A DNA stretch of 64,000 bases from Promethearchaeota archaeon (GTDB taxonomy: Archaea > Asgardarchaeota > Lokiarchaeia > Sigyniarchaeales > SOKP01): NCBI GenBank assembly GCA_019057795.1, contig JAHLWS010000068.1, positions 27,377-91,376 of the forward strand, written 5' to 3'. This document shows positions 48,644-59,439 of this stretch, in pieces (within the stretch, counting starts at the first letter, position 1; the number at the start of each line of letters is the position of its first letter). Made by a program: the position numbers and the translations under genes. Below the pieces are notes generated by a model, which made no database searches, had not been told where the DNA came from, and was given only the letters and a program-made list of their open reading frames with translations.

Positions 48644-50122
48644 TTAGTACCTGCTGAGTAAGTCGTGCGGTCTTGACTCTCTCTGTCCAACATAAGATAC
48701 GACTCCAATTTTAGCTTTTTTCATTTCGGTTATTCTTTTGGCTCCAGCATATATCATACCATTTAGGAGGCCTTCTTTTAAGGAGAGTAATACACCATCT
48801 ATATCCCCTACAAAAGGAACATAATCGCTTACACCCTCTGGAAGCATTCTTGAGCTTTCTGTGTACCGATCTGAAACATATCCCGCAGTTCTTGCTTCTT
48901 TTGAGCCCATACCTCGATAAACTTTGACTTTTCTCCCTTGAATTGTATCGACATATCCTGGGCTTTCTGTAGAACCAGCAAAGAAATGACCCGACATAAT
49001 TAAATCAGCACCAGCGGTTAACGACTTGGGTAAATCTCCTGGGTTTTTAAAACCACCATCAGCGATTAAACTAATTTTTGAATTATAATCCGCGATTGCG
49101 TCAGCTACTTGAGCAGTGGCAAAAAGAGTTGGCGCTCCAACACCTGTTTGAATAGATGTAGTGCAAATAGATCCTGAACCCATTCCAACCTTTAAACCTA
49201 TAAATTTATCCTCATTGAAATCACACTTTGTAATTATATGTTCTGCCGCTTCATATGTTCCAATATTGCCTAATACAAAGTCAGATTCTAACAAATTCAT
49301 GAGTTTATTGGTGCCATTGATATCTGCTGTCTTGTAAAAATCAGCAACATCAATAAAAAAGATATCAACGTACTTGTCAATTTCTTTCAATAGGTCTTGA
49401 GCCTGAGTTGATTCGGGGTACTTAGGAGATAAAGCTAGAGCGCATATTAAATGACCTTCGTTATCCATAGATGCTAAAGGAAATTCTGGCGCTAAATCCT
49501 TTTTTGTGATTAAGCCCTTTAAATTACCGCTTTTATCAATTATAGGAAGCTTTTCTTTACGGGATTCAAAGAGAATTTTTAGTGCTTTTTGCCTAGAGGC
49601 ACCAGGTTCAATAGAAATCACATCTTTTGTCATATAATTCTTAATCTTGCCATTTTTTACATCGTTATCAGAAAAGGGAATATCTCTTTTAGTAAAAATC
49701 CCACATACCTTTTTATCTTCGTTTACAACAACAATTCCACTAATATTGTAATTTTCCATCATATACTTTGCTGTAGCAATAGGCTCATTTGGAGTAATTG
49801 TGGCTACATCATCTATTACAAAAGACCTTGCTCTTTTTACGATTCTTACCATCTCCAATTGTCTCTCATAGGAGCAGTTACGATGCAAAACGCCTAATCC
49901 ACCTAGTAAAGCCATTTTAATGGCCATCCCCTCTTCTGTAACTGTGTCCATCGCGGCTGAGATTATCGGAACATTTAATCTATGTGGCCCTAGATTAGTT
50001 GATATATCAACTTCATTAGGTTCAAAATTTGTAAATCCTGGCTGAATGAGGATATCGTCGAAAGTAGCAATTATATCTTTATAGTGAACTTTACTTCTAT
50101 AATAATCTGACATTTTTTGCAA
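48644..50122 (-). CDS. guaB: IMP dehydrogenase with a CBS pair
   Basis: SAAMDTVT, GMGSGSICTT, IADGG, YRGMGS and PEGV. Confidence 0.96.
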   Translation of the reverse strand: MQKMSDYYRSKVHYKDIIATFDDILIQPGFTNFEPNEVDISTNLGPHRLNVPIISAAMDTVTEEGMAIKMALLGGLGVLHRNCSYERQLEMVRIVKRARSFVIDDVATITPNEPIATAKYMMENYNISGIVVVNEDKKVCGIFTKRDIPFSDNDVKNGKIKNYMTKDVISIEPGASRQKALKILFESRKEKLPIIDKSGNLKGLITKKDLAPEFPLASMDNEGHLICALALSPKYPESTQAQDLLKEIDKYVDIFFIDVADFYKTADINGTNKLMNLLESDFVLGNIGTYEAAEHIITKCDFNEDKFIGLKVGMGSGSICTTSIQTGVGAPTLFATAQVADAIADYNSKISLIADGGFKNPGDLPKSLTAGADLIMSGHFFAGSTESPGYVDTIQGRKVKVYRGMGSKEARTAGYVSDRYTESSRMLPEGVSDYVPFVGDIDGVLLSLKEGLLNGMIYAGAKRITEMKKAKIGVVSYVGQRESRPHDLLSRY

Positions 50123-50295
50123 GGTTAAAAATATGTTTTATAATATATTTAATAAATATTATTTCTTATATTGAAATTTAAATATTTTTAATAAAGATCT
50201 GATTATAAGTTTTTAGGTATTAGTCTATGTAAAATATATATTTTTTTTAAAAGATTAATTAAATTATTGAAAATTAGGTAAAATAGTTTATCCAG

Positions 50296-51204
50296 TTACA
50301 TACTAATTAGATTTTTCCTCGGTAAATTCTTAATTCTTGGGTCGTTAATAAACGAATCTAAAGTTTTTATAAAAATTTCTCGATCCTCCTTAATATTTGA
50401 AGTTTCAATTGAGCAATAATTACTTACATGGTCGTTAAAAACCTGGGAATTGACATTTTCTCCAATGTTTTCAATTATATCTCTTTCTTCTTTTAAACAC
50501 TCAATGGGAGATAATAATTCAAATTCTCCGTTTTTCCATTCTTTCCAAAGCGGAGTATTAGGTAATATATTTAAAGTTCTAAAGCGGAAAATAGTCGGGT
50601 TTATCTCTGTGAGCACTCTTGCTGTTCCGTTCACATGATCTTCAGAGTACTTCTTTCCACCCAAACCAAGCATAACATATAAACTTAATTTAATTCCAGA
50701 GTTTAACACTTTCTTTCCTGCTTTAATCATTGATTCTGCGTTTGTGCCTTTTTTCATCATTCTTAATATTTTACTGCTCCCACTCTCTAATCCCATGTAA
50801 AGGATATCTAATCCAGCCTCTGCCAATCGTTTAAGTTCCTCGTCTGTCTTTCTCAAAATATCTAAGGCTTTAGCGTAGGAACTCACTCTTGGAACATTTT
50901 TAAGTCTTAATCGAACATATTCAATTATTTTAACTAGATATTCAGTGGGAGCCGAAGTAGGATTTCCACCAGCTAAAAAAACGGGATATCTATGATAATT
51001 TTTCTCGGCGTAATAATCAATTTCCTTTAAAACATCTTCTAGTGGTCTAATTGCATAATCTTGAATGTTGCCGTAAATACCTTTATATGTTCCACAAAAG
51101 CGACAGCGATTCCAACTACAACCACCTGTTACAGCGATGAGCACGCTATGCGCTTCTACTGGTGGTCTTATAATTATTTGACTCGGAGGAACTTTAGAAA
51201 ACAT
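50296..51204 (-). CDS. Radical SAM protein
   Basis: RPPVEA..GCSWNRCRFC, YMGLESG and NDHVSNY. Confidence 0.9.
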   Translation of the reverse strand: MFSKVPPSQIIIRPPVEAHSVLIAVTGGCSWNRCRFCGTYKGIYGNIQDYAIRPLEDVLKEIDYYAEKNYHRYPVFLAGGNPTSAPTEYLVKIIEYVRLRLKNVPRVSSYAKALDILRKTDEELKRLAEAGLDILYMGLESGSSKILRMMKKGTNAESMIKAGKKVLNSGIKLSLYVMLGLGGKKYSEDHVNGTARVLTEINPTIFRFRTLNILPNTPLWKEWKNGEFELLSPIECLKEERDIIENIGENVNSQVFNDHVSNYCSIETSNIKEDREIFIKTLDSFINDPRIKNLPRKNLISM

Positions 51205-51390
51205 AACAACTCTACATTAATTAAATTTTTGATTTTAATATTGCAAATTCAAATGCTATTATGTTATTTTAAGCCTTTTTACAATAAAGATTTAAGCTTT
51301 ATATTTTAACAGCAATTTCATAAAATTTTTTTTTAATAGATAATTTATAATTTTATACAAGTTTCATCACATCTAATCACACTAAGTTTT

Positions 51391-52008
51391 TTGGTATTTA
51401 AATTGATAAGTATTCGCACCCAAAAGAAGGAAATCTTATATACATGTAAAATTGCTATAGTTGGAGGGGCAAGTGTTGGAAAAACTTGTTTATTTAATCG
51501 ATTTTGTTTTAATTCTTTCAATTTTGATTCTTCTATGACAATAGGTCTAAACTTCCATTCAATTAATTTACCAATTCATAAAAAAGATGCTGTAGAGAGC
51601 GTTCCAAACAAATTTATCGTCAATTCAATTTTCGATTTTGGCGGACAGGATCGTTTTAAACCCTTAATTCCTAAGTTTTTAGGAGGGACTAACGGGGCTC
51701 TATTAGTTTTTGACTTAACTAATCCTATATCATTTGAGCAATTAAAATTCTGGTATGACCAGTTATTAGAACACGCTGAAGGCTCAAAAATTCCTAAGAT
51801 ATTAGTAGGAAGTAAAAGTGATTTATTAGATTCATCCCCGAGAGATAAGATAATCCAAGAAGAAGTTATAAAGGATTTTGTAAAAGAAAAGGAACTGGAT
51901 GGGTTTTTTAAAACATCAGCTTTAAAGAATTGTAATGTGCTTGAAGTATTTAAAGAGTTAAATAATATGATATTAAGATATAAAAATACTTCTTATGTCG
52001 TGTCTTAA
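51391..52008 (+). CDS. Rab/Ras-superfamily small GTPase
   Basis: GGASVGKT, TIG, DFGGQDRF, GSKSD and TSA motifs; no CaaX. Confidence 0.93.
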   Translation: MVFKLISIRTQKKEILYTCKIAIVGGASVGKTCLFNRFCFNSFNFDSSMTIGLNFHSINLPIHKKDAVESVPNKFIVNSIFDFGGQDRFKPLIPKFLGGTNGALLVFDLTNPISFEQLKFWYDQLLEHAEGSKIPKILVGSKSDLLDSSPRDKIIQEEVIKDFVKEKELDGFFKTSALKNCNVLEVFKELNNMILRYKNTSYVVS

Positions 52009-52025
52009 GAATATTTTTTGTTAAA

Positions 52026-53102
52026 TTAAAAAGTCCTCATAAATATAAAATCGGAGAACTCATTAAAGAAAACTTTCTGATTTTTATTTAAATCTGGATA
52101 AATATCTTTAAGATGATCTTTTGCTTGACTAATTAAATTTTTAGAAAAGTGTTCCGCAATAATTATAGCATTTGTTTCAACGAAAACATCCATTACTTGT
52201 TTGACATCGTTTTTATTCAACTCTTCTTCTTTATGGTAAATTTCATTCAAAATTTTGGATTGTTCCTCGTCTGTATTTTGAACGGCTAATATGTAAACGA
52301 TCTTTTTCTTCCTTGCTTTAATATCGTCTTGGACATCAAGTATATCGTCCCGAATCGCAAACGCTTGACCTATAAATTCCATTGCTTTACTTAATGGATT
52401 TATCTGATAATGAAGATTACCTTTGGCTAGGATAGCTCCAATTTTCGTTGATTTCTCCAATAAACTAGCCCTTAGCATTTCCGCGATGTTTAAATACTGT
52501 TCTAAAGACATAGTAATATTGTGATAACTCATATATTCCTCAACGATTTGCCCTTTCATTAAACTATCCATTGCTGAGGTGTATTCGTTTAGAGCTAATA
52601 ACTTTAAATTCTCGGGAAATTTTGAGGCTTTAATGATGTCAAAACCTAATAAATATCCTTGGGTACCGCCTAATATGCTTATGTCTCTGCCAAAATTGTT
52701 GATTAATTCATCTTTATGTGGAACCTCTAAGTTCTTATAAACCTTATTTATTTCGTTTTGAATTTGGATATGAAAACTTGGCTTACCTCTTCTTTCGATA
52801 TCGTTATCCATAAGATCGTCATGTATTAAATGACCGCTATGTAACAACTCTAAGGCCAGAGATACTTTCCTAATTTGATCTATTTGATTATCCAAATAAA
52901 GGGGATTTACAACTCCAATAAACGCAGCTATTAACAAAATTGGATGAAGTCGTTTCGCCTTTTTATTTAAAATAAATTCTTGAAGTTGTGCAAAAAAATC
53001 TTTTAATAGAATTTCGTCCTCATTATTGTTCAAATCCGAAAAATATTCTTCTAATTCTTTATCAATAGCAGCTTTCTCTACTTTTAAGAATTCTTCAATC
53101 AT
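52026..53102 (-). CDS. Polyprenyl (GGPP-type) diphosphate synthase
   Basis: ELLHSGHLIHDDLMD...RRGKP (FARM), GQ, and IRDDILD (SARM). Confidence 0.9.
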   Translation of the reverse strand: MIEEFLKVEKAAIDKELEEYFSDLNNNEDEILLKDFFAQLQEFILNKKAKRLHPILLIAAFIGVVNPLYLDNQIDQIRKVSLALELLHSGHLIHDDLMDNDIERRGKPSFHIQIQNEINKVYKNLEVPHKDELINNFGRDISILGGTQGYLLGFDIIKASKFPENLKLLALNEYTSAMDSLMKGQIVEEYMSYHNITMSLEQYLNIAEMLRASLLEKSTKIGAILAKGNLHYQINPLSKAMEFIGQAFAIRDDILDVQDDIKARKKKIVYILAVQNTDEEQSKILNEIYHKEEELNKNDVKQVMDVFVETNAIIIAEHFSKNLISQAKDHLKDIYPDLNKNQKVFFNEFSDFIFMRTF

Positions 53103-53251
53103 TGTAAAATCACAAAATTATCTTAAACAATTCGTATTAATATAGAACAAATAATAATATATCTTTTTGTGTGTTGTTAAACAACTTTTTTATTATTATC
53201 TTTACAATATTTCTTAAACTCGTAAAAAATTATAAAAAGTGTGATTAAAAA

Positions 53252-53764
53252 ATGCTTCTGGCGGTCATATCTGATTCACATGATAATAAAAGTAACATAT
53301 TAAAAGCTGTTTCAATAATTAACGATAAGGGTGTGGATGCACTTATCCATTGCGGAGATTTTATCGCTCCTTTCGTGAAACTTTGGTTTGACAAGCTCAA
53401 CGATTCAATTAAAAAGAATTTCTATGGAGTATTCGGTAACAACGATGGAGAACGCCTATACTTAACGCAACATTTAGGGCAAATTTGCGATTTCGCCCAA
53501 AATGGTAATGAATTAATAATTGAATTGGGTGGAAAACGCATATTTATTTCCCATATGCCAAGACAAGAAACTATTGAAGCTTTAGCGAATTCAAAAAAGT
53601 TTGATATAATCTTATCCGGTCACACACATATAGCGGTTAATAAAAAATATGATAACGGGGTGTTGGTAGTTAACCCGGGCGAGGTTTGTGGCTATTTAAC
53701 GGGTAAGGCTACTTTTGCGATCGTTAACACTGAAACTTTAGAAGCTGAAATTATTGAAATATAA
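53252..53764 (+). CDS. Metallophosphoesterase, MJ0936/YfcE/Vps29 family
   Basis: SDSH, HCGD, GNND, GHTH and NPGE motifs. Confidence 0.92.
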   Translation: MLLAVISDSHDNKSNILKAVSIINDKGVDALIHCGDFIAPFVKLWFDKLNDSIKKNFYGVFGNNDGERLYLTQHLGQICDFAQNGNELIIELGGKRIFISHMPRQETIEALANSKKFDIILSGHTHIAVNKKYDNGVLVVNPGEVCGYLTGKATFAIVNTETLEAEIIEI

Positions 53765-53827
53765 ACTATAATAAATTTACAAATTTTCTTAATTTTTTTA
53801 TATTAGTAAGATTTAATCTAAATTATT

Positions 53828-55045
53828 ATGAGTTTACCTTTAGAAGGAATAGTCGTTATAGATTTAACGAGAATGCTACCCGGTCCTTACGCTTCAATGA
53901 TCCTGGGTGATCTTGGAGCTGAAGTTATTAGAGTTGAGGACCCAAGATATTTTTACGGTAGTCCGCCGCCTTTTTTTCAAAAGGGTAGGTACCGCGAAAG
54001 CGCTTTTAATTCGGTATTAATGAGAAATAAAAAATCTATTACACTTAACTTAAAAAAAGAAAAAGCGTTAGAGGTATTTTATAAGTTGGTGGAAAAAGCT
54101 GATGTAGTATTAGAGACTTTTCGACCAAAAGTAACGAAGAAATTAAAAATTGATTATGAAACGCTTTTTAAAATAAACAAATCTATAATATATTGTTCTT
54201 TAACGGGATTCGGTCAATATGGTCCTTACGAGCAAACAGCAGGTCATGATTTGAATTATATTGGTATTTGTGGTATGTTAGATCTAAATAAAGAAAGAGA
54301 ATATTTAGGAAAAAAAGACCAAGAGAGAAAGCCTCTTCTTCCAGGTGTACAAGCAGCAGATATTGGTGGGGGGCTAATCTCAACGATAAGTATTCTTGGA
54401 GCATTATTTGAAAGAGATAGGAACCCCACCAAAGAGGGGCAATATATAGATGTTTCCATGACGGATTGCGTTTTTTCTTTCATGCCAATGGCGGCTGCTT
54501 TTCACTTTTCTAAAGATCTAAATGACGGAACAACTAACCCAATAAACCCTCTTCATGGTGATGTTCCCCCCTATTCGATCTATAAGACTAAAGATAATAA
54601 GTACTTATCTGTTGGCGCTATTGAATTAAAATTTTGGCGTGGAGTGTGCGAAGGTCTTGGACGTGAAGATCTAATACAGAAGGGGAATGCTTTAGGAGAA
54701 GAAAAAGAGAAAGTATTTCAAGAAATTCAAAAGGAATTTTTAAAGAAAACTCAAGATGAATGGATGGAAATTTTCGCTAATAAAGACTCGTGCGTTATGC
54801 CAGTTAAAACTTTTGGAGAAGCATGCGAAGACCCACAAATTAAGGCGCGAAACATGGTTGTTGAGATAGAACACCCCAAATTTGGGAGCATCCAAAATAT
54901 TGCTTCACCAATCAAATATTCTCGCACGCCTTTAACTATAAGAAACTTAGCTCCAAAAATGGGACATAATACTAAAGAAATTCTTCAAATGCTTAATTAC
55001 ACTGAAGAAGAAATTAAGATTCTTAAAAAAACGGGAGTTATCTAG
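53828..55045 (+). CDS. CaiB/BaiF family III CoA-transferase
   Basis: LPGPYASMILGDLGAEVIRVE, RNKKS, FRP and GHDLNY. Confidence 0.95.
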   Translation: MSLPLEGIVVIDLTRMLPGPYASMILGDLGAEVIRVEDPRYFYGSPPPFFQKGRYRESAFNSVLMRNKKSITLNLKKEKALEVFYKLVEKADVVLETFRPKVTKKLKIDYETLFKINKSIIYCSLTGFGQYGPYEQTAGHDLNYIGICGMLDLNKEREYLGKKDQERKPLLPGVQAADIGGGLISTISILGALFERDRNPTKEGQYIDVSMTDCVFSFMPMAAAFHFSKDLNDGTTNPINPLHGDVPPYSIYKTKDNKYLSVGAIELKFWRGVCEGLGREDLIQKGNALGEEKEKVFQEIQKEFLKKTQDEWMEIFANKDSCVMPVKTFGEACEDPQIKARNMVVEIEHPKFGSIQNIASPIKYSRTPLTIRNLAPKMGHNTKEILQMLNYTEEEIKILKKTGVI

Positions 55046-55130
55046 AAATCAAAAATTTCTCCAAATCTTTTTTAACATTTTTTAATATAATAATAATTAT
55101 AAATTAAGTAATCCAAAATGTGAATTTAAA

Positions 55131-55940
55131 TTGTCAAATTTAGAAAACCAAGGTAAAGTTAAAAAAGAATCAAAATATATTCTAGAACCCTCTCAACGCA
55201 AGGTTTTTATAGAGAAAATCCTTCCAACCTTGCTAATTGGTTCAATAATTTGGTTAATAGGTGAAATAGTATTCAGTTATTTTTTTTCTGAAACCCAACT
55301 CACAGGAACATTTTTAATATTTTACATTTCAATGATAATTGTTGACGCGGTTTTGTTTTTATTATTATACTTCGTTGCGAAATCTAATAAGATTCTACTT
55401 GGGCTCATAATATTTTTCTTGTTCTGTTTTATTGCGGGAATTATTAGCATACCAATAGTTATTTTTACTGAATTTTTACCCCAAGTTCATATGTTTGTAA
55501 GTTTAGCAGTAGGAGCTAATTCGATTGTTTATATAATAGCACTTGCTTTAAGACACAGATATTTTGCTAAGGGATATATATGGGCTCACGTTGTGCTTTT
55601 TATCTTTGGATTCCTATTAGTAGAAATTGTTTTTATTATTGTTTTTAACATTCAAAACTATTTACTAACAATTCCAATTACATTTGCTTATATTTGCGTA
55701 GTTGTTTTGACGGTAATGTTTTATGGATCAAAAGCAGTAAAAAAAGAAGATAAAATCCCGTGGTTATTAGTAGCTTATAAAATATTAGGAATGATGTTGT
55801 TGGTTATATTCATAGCCATAATATTTGTAGTTATTGTACTTATTATAATAGCGCTGGCAATTATCTGCGGTGATTCAAGTATCGACTTCCCAAATATTGG
55901 TGCTATAGGGAGCGGAAGAAGAAAAAAGAAAAAAAAATAA
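55131..55940 (+). CDS. 7-TM membrane protein, divergent Bax-inhibitor-1/YccA-like
   Basis: About 7 TMs, an RKVF start of TM1, LIIFFLFCFIAGIISIPIV, and a polybasic C-terminus. Confidence 0.5.
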   Translation: MSNLENQGKVKKESKYILEPSQRKVFIEKILPTLLIGSIIWLIGEIVFSYFFSETQLTGTFLIFYISMIIVDAVLFLLLYFVAKSNKILLGLIIFFLFCFIAGIISIPIVIFTEFLPQVHMFVSLAVGANSIVYIIALALRHRYFAKGYIWAHVVLFIFGFLLVEIVFIIVFNIQNYLLTIPITFAYICVVVLTVMFYGSKAVKKEDKIPWLLVAYKILGMMLLVIFIAIIFVVIVLIIIALAIICGDSSIDFPNIGAIGSGRRKKKKK

Positions 55941-56084
55941 AAATCGTATTAAATAATATTAAAAATTATTTTTTTATATTTCTTTTCTTAAATTTTCGTT
56001 AAGACATAATTTTATTTAAGAACACTATTATAATATTTTAAAGAAATTTGGATTCACTAATCTAAGTTTAAATAAAGTAGAACT

Positions 56085-57641
56085 ATGATGGAACGATCTA
56101 ATAAGTATAATGATGACAAAAAAAAAGAAAGCGAACAAATCGAGCCAGAAAGTAACAAGGAGCAAGTAAAAGAACATATAGAGGTAAAAAAAGCGGGTAA
56201 ACCCGTAATTCTAAGAGCTGAAGCATACAAAACAATAATTTTATACGCTAGCAGATATGCGAATCAAGCAATTCCTTCAAGCGATTGGAAAGAAATCTAC
56301 GGGCTTTTAATTGGTAATTACGACGATGATTTTTTATACATTGAAAAAGCAATTCCAATGACATATGGTCACGATACAGACGTTGAATTCAGTGAAAATG
56401 ATTACGGAGACGTTGAAAAGATTCATGAAGAACTAGATAAAGAAGGAAAAGGCTATTTTATTATTGGTTGGTTTCATTCTCATCCAGGATTAACATTATT
56501 TTTTTCGTATATCGATCTTATTAATCAGCTTGGATTTCAAGGTAAGTTTAGCGACGCTATAGGTTTAGTTTTTGACCATACTCTTCTCGGCAAAAAAAAA
56601 GAAGAAAAAATTGATAATAATATACTAACTAAATACGATACAGGATTTGAGATTTATAGATTAACTAATATTACACTCGATTCTAATTCGGTTGAATTTG
56701 AGACTAATTATCATAAAGTGGATTATATTGTTGAAGGTTTAAATAAATTCTTTTTTGCAAATGTTCTTACTGAGTTATCTTCTTTAGCTTTCGCAGGAAA
56801 ACCACTTCAAGAAGCTTATAAAGAAAAATTTAAACTAGAATCGGGATATAAAGATATAGACGAAGTGTTTGATAACACAAATAACGAATTATATAAAAGG
56901 AATCTTGTAGACATCCCATTATCGGAAGACGTTAAATTTAATGTTAATAAAACATATTATGATACAAGTATGAGTAGTACAATTGCAAAAGAATCTGCTG
57001 AAAAATTGATTTACGAAGGAAATCTAGCTTTTAAAAACAAAGATATGTTTACAGGCATAGAAAAATATCGAAATGGTATTGAGAAATACAAAGAGATTAA
57101 TGACGTGAATCGATTATTGGATTTATTAAGAAAAGTATCGAGAGTGTGTATTACAAATAATCATCTGGTGCTTGCTGGAGAATTTGCTGAGGAATTATAT
57201 AAATTAGCAGAAATAAACAACCAAACTTTTTATCAGGGTATCGCAAATTACATAATAGGTTACATAATTTTAAAGGAAAGAGATTTAGATGTTATAGAAT
57301 TCGGTTTAAAAAAAATTGAAGATGCAGCTATAGAATTTATCGAAGTTAAAGACTTTGCTGGAGCAGGAATGGCTTTTAATAAAATTGGGTCAGTATACGA
57401 AAAAAAAATCAAAAACGTAGGTAGTGCTTGCCTTTTTTATAGAGAAGCCATTGAAAATTATAATAACGGTTTAATTTATAGCCACCCTTTAAGAATTACT
57501 CCTTGGAGTAAACCCGAAGTACTTGCTGACAAAATCATAGAATTGAGAGATTTTATCGAAGTTTTGTTGCCAGATATAGAAGACCTTGATACAAAGCAGA
57601 AAATAATTAACGATTTAAAATCCATCCAATATAATTTCTGA
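56085..57641 (+). CDS. MPN+/JAMM metalloprotease fused to C-terminal TPR/SNAP-like repeats
   Basis: EIYGLLIG and GWFHSHPGLTLFFSYID (H-x-H-x7-S-x2-D intact); helical repeats in the C-half. Confidence 0.88.
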   Translation: MMERSNKYNDDKKKESEQIEPESNKEQVKEHIEVKKAGKPVILRAEAYKTIILYASRYANQAIPSSDWKEIYGLLIGNYDDDFLYIEKAIPMTYGHDTDVEFSENDYGDVEKIHEELDKEGKGYFIIGWFHSHPGLTLFFSYIDLINQLGFQGKFSDAIGLVFDHTLLGKKKEEKIDNNILTKYDTGFEIYRLTNITLDSNSVEFETNYHKVDYIVEGLNKFFFANVLTELSSLAFAGKPLQEAYKEKFKLESGYKDIDEVFDNTNNELYKRNLVDIPLSEDVKFNVNKTYYDTSMSSTIAKESAEKLIYEGNLAFKNKDMFTGIEKYRNGIEKYKEINDVNRLLDLLRKVSRVCITNNHLVLAGEFAEELYKLAEINNQTFYQGIANYIIGYIILKERDLDVIEFGLKKIEDAAIEFIEVKDFAGAGMAFNKIGSVYEKKIKNVGSACLFYREAIENYNNGLIYSHPLRITPWSKPEVLADKIIELRDFIEVLLPDIEDLDTKQKIINDLKSIQYNF

Positions 57642-57735
57642 TTTTAAGACAAAAGTAATAACAATTCTTTATTTGGACAATCAAAAAAATTAAATTTTAA
57701 GATATATTCTATATTCTATAACTTCTTTTGGTTGG

Positions 57736-58428
57736 TTGATTTTTATTCCACGTAGAAAACAAAAAATTAAATATTCGAGAAAAATTGCTTGTAAACATCT
57801 CACCCCTATGGGAGATATCTCAAATAACTTGCAACCACTTTGCTATTGCGCAGAGAGAGATTTAGTTCTTGGTAAAAGAGCATATATCTGTCAGGTTTGT
57901 AAGAAATACATACAAGCTAGTAAGAAAATTTCAGAGGTTTATGAAGAAAGTAGAAGAGAAGCAGAAAAAAAAATAAAGGAGAAAAAGATAGAATTGGAAG
58001 AATATGAACTCGCAGAACTTGGACATGATGACGAAATGGATTTATCACTCGATGAATTTGAAGAAGAAGAAGATGAAGAAATTTCTTTAAAATTCGAAAA
58101 AAGAAAGGTTGGAAAAGCCGAGTTAGAAGATTCTGAAGATTTTGCTGATATTGAATGTCCATTCTGTGGTGAAATGATAGTTGGCGATATTAGAACGCAC
58201 GTAGCAGAATGTGAATTTGCACCTGAGGATGTAGATATAAACGATATCTTGCCTGCCAAAGCGAGAAAGAAGAGAAAGAAGAAACCAGGGACTACTACGG
58301 GAGGTGCGGCTAAAGAGAAACAAGCCTGTCCTTATTGTGGAAAAGAATTCATACGTTTAGGGCGTCATCTTAATTCATGTCCCAAAAAACCTAAAGACAA
58401 GGATGAGAATAAAGAAGTAGCAGAATAA
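57736..58428 (+). CDS. Multi-zinc-finger protein (two C2HC/UBZ-like fingers, acidic tract, basic tract)
   Basis: CPFCG..IRTHVAEC, CPYCGKEF..LGRHLNSC and an N-terminal Cys cluster. Confidence 0.75.
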   Translation: MIFIPRRKQKIKYSRKIACKHLTPMGDISNNLQPLCYCAERDLVLGKRAYICQVCKKYIQASKKISEVYEESRREAEKKIKEKKIELEEYELAELGHDDEMDLSLDEFEEEEDEEISLKFEKRKVGKAELEDSEDFADIECPFCGEMIVGDIRTHVAECEFAPEDVDINDILPAKARKKRKKKPGTTTGGAAKEKQACPYCGKEFIRLGRHLNSCPKKPKDKDENKEVAE

Positions 58429-58503
58429 AAGTAGGATTTTGAACAAATAACTAAAAACATTCAAATATAATAGGTTATATCACATTTTTTTCCAAAATCG
58501 GAT

Positions 58504-59427
58504 ATGACAAGTAAAGAAATTTATTATTGTGAGCCTGTATTTAGACCTCCATCGGAAGGAAATTCTCTATTGATTCAATTAACTGAGGGTTGCACCTTCA
58601 ATTGCGATTTTTGTATGTCAAATCTTAGAAAAAAATTTATAGTAAGATCAATTGAAGAGGTTAAAAAAGATTTAGATATAGGGGCAAGTAAACATTATAG
58701 CTCGTTAGTGCGTAAACTATTCTTTTTAGACGGGAATGCCATGGTAACACCCGCGGATAGGCTCATAGAACTCACGAGTTATGCCATGAAAATTTTTCCA
58801 AAATTGGAAAGAATAGGAGTTTACGCTCACGCTAAAGATATATTAAAAAAGTCTGATAAGCAATTAAGGGCATTATCGGATGCGGGGTTAAAGATCGCAT
58901 ATGTAGGGTTTGAAAGCGGATATGATAAACTGCTTAAGAACGTTAATAAGCATGCCACAAAAGTGGATTTTATTGATGCTTCAAAAAAGTTAATGAAGGC
59001 AAATATTACATTATCAGCCACGTTTATTAATGGGCTTGGAGGAGGGAATAATAAAGAAATCTCTAAAGCTCATGCTCTTGAGTCGGCAGATTTAGTTAAT
59101 AAAATTTGTCCTGATGATGATAGAATATGGTATATCGCTTTTTTGTCTCTAATGACACCTCCAGGAACAGTAATGTATGAGAAAAAAAAGCGTGGAGAAT
59201 TTAAGGAAATGAATTCAAAAGAAATTTTATTGGAATTGAAGATGTTCATAGAAAGTATCAACTTTAAAAACAAAGAAGCAAATTGTATCTTCAGATCGAA
59301 TCATGCCTCAAATTATTTGCCAATTAAAGGAACTTTAGAGAAAGGGAAAGCTAAAATATTAGAAACTATTGATTATGGATTGGATCATAAAGAATTTTTA
59401 AGGCCAGAGTATTACCGCGCTCTATAA
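58504..59427 (+). CDS. Radical SAM protein (paralog of 50296-51204)
   Basis: FRPPSE..GCTFNCDFC, YVGFESG and RSNHASNY. Confidence 0.9.
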   Translation: MTSKEIYYCEPVFRPPSEGNSLLIQLTEGCTFNCDFCMSNLRKKFIVRSIEEVKKDLDIGASKHYSSLVRKLFFLDGNAMVTPADRLIELTSYAMKIFPKLERIGVYAHAKDILKKSDKQLRALSDAGLKIAYVGFESGYDKLLKNVNKHATKVDFIDASKKLMKANITLSATFINGLGGGNNKEISKAHALESADLVNKICPDDDRIWYIAFLSLMTPPGTVMYEKKKRGEFKEMNSKEILLELKMFIESINFKNKEANCIFRSNHASNYLPIKGTLEKGKAKILETIDYGLDHKEFLRPEYYRAL

Positions 59428-59439
59428 CCTAAACTCTTA

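Noticed and set aside
51391-53102. Small GTPase plus prenyl synthase as a protein-prenylation module
   Set aside because: The GTPase has no C-terminal Cys motif (it ends SYVVS), and the genes are merely convergent.
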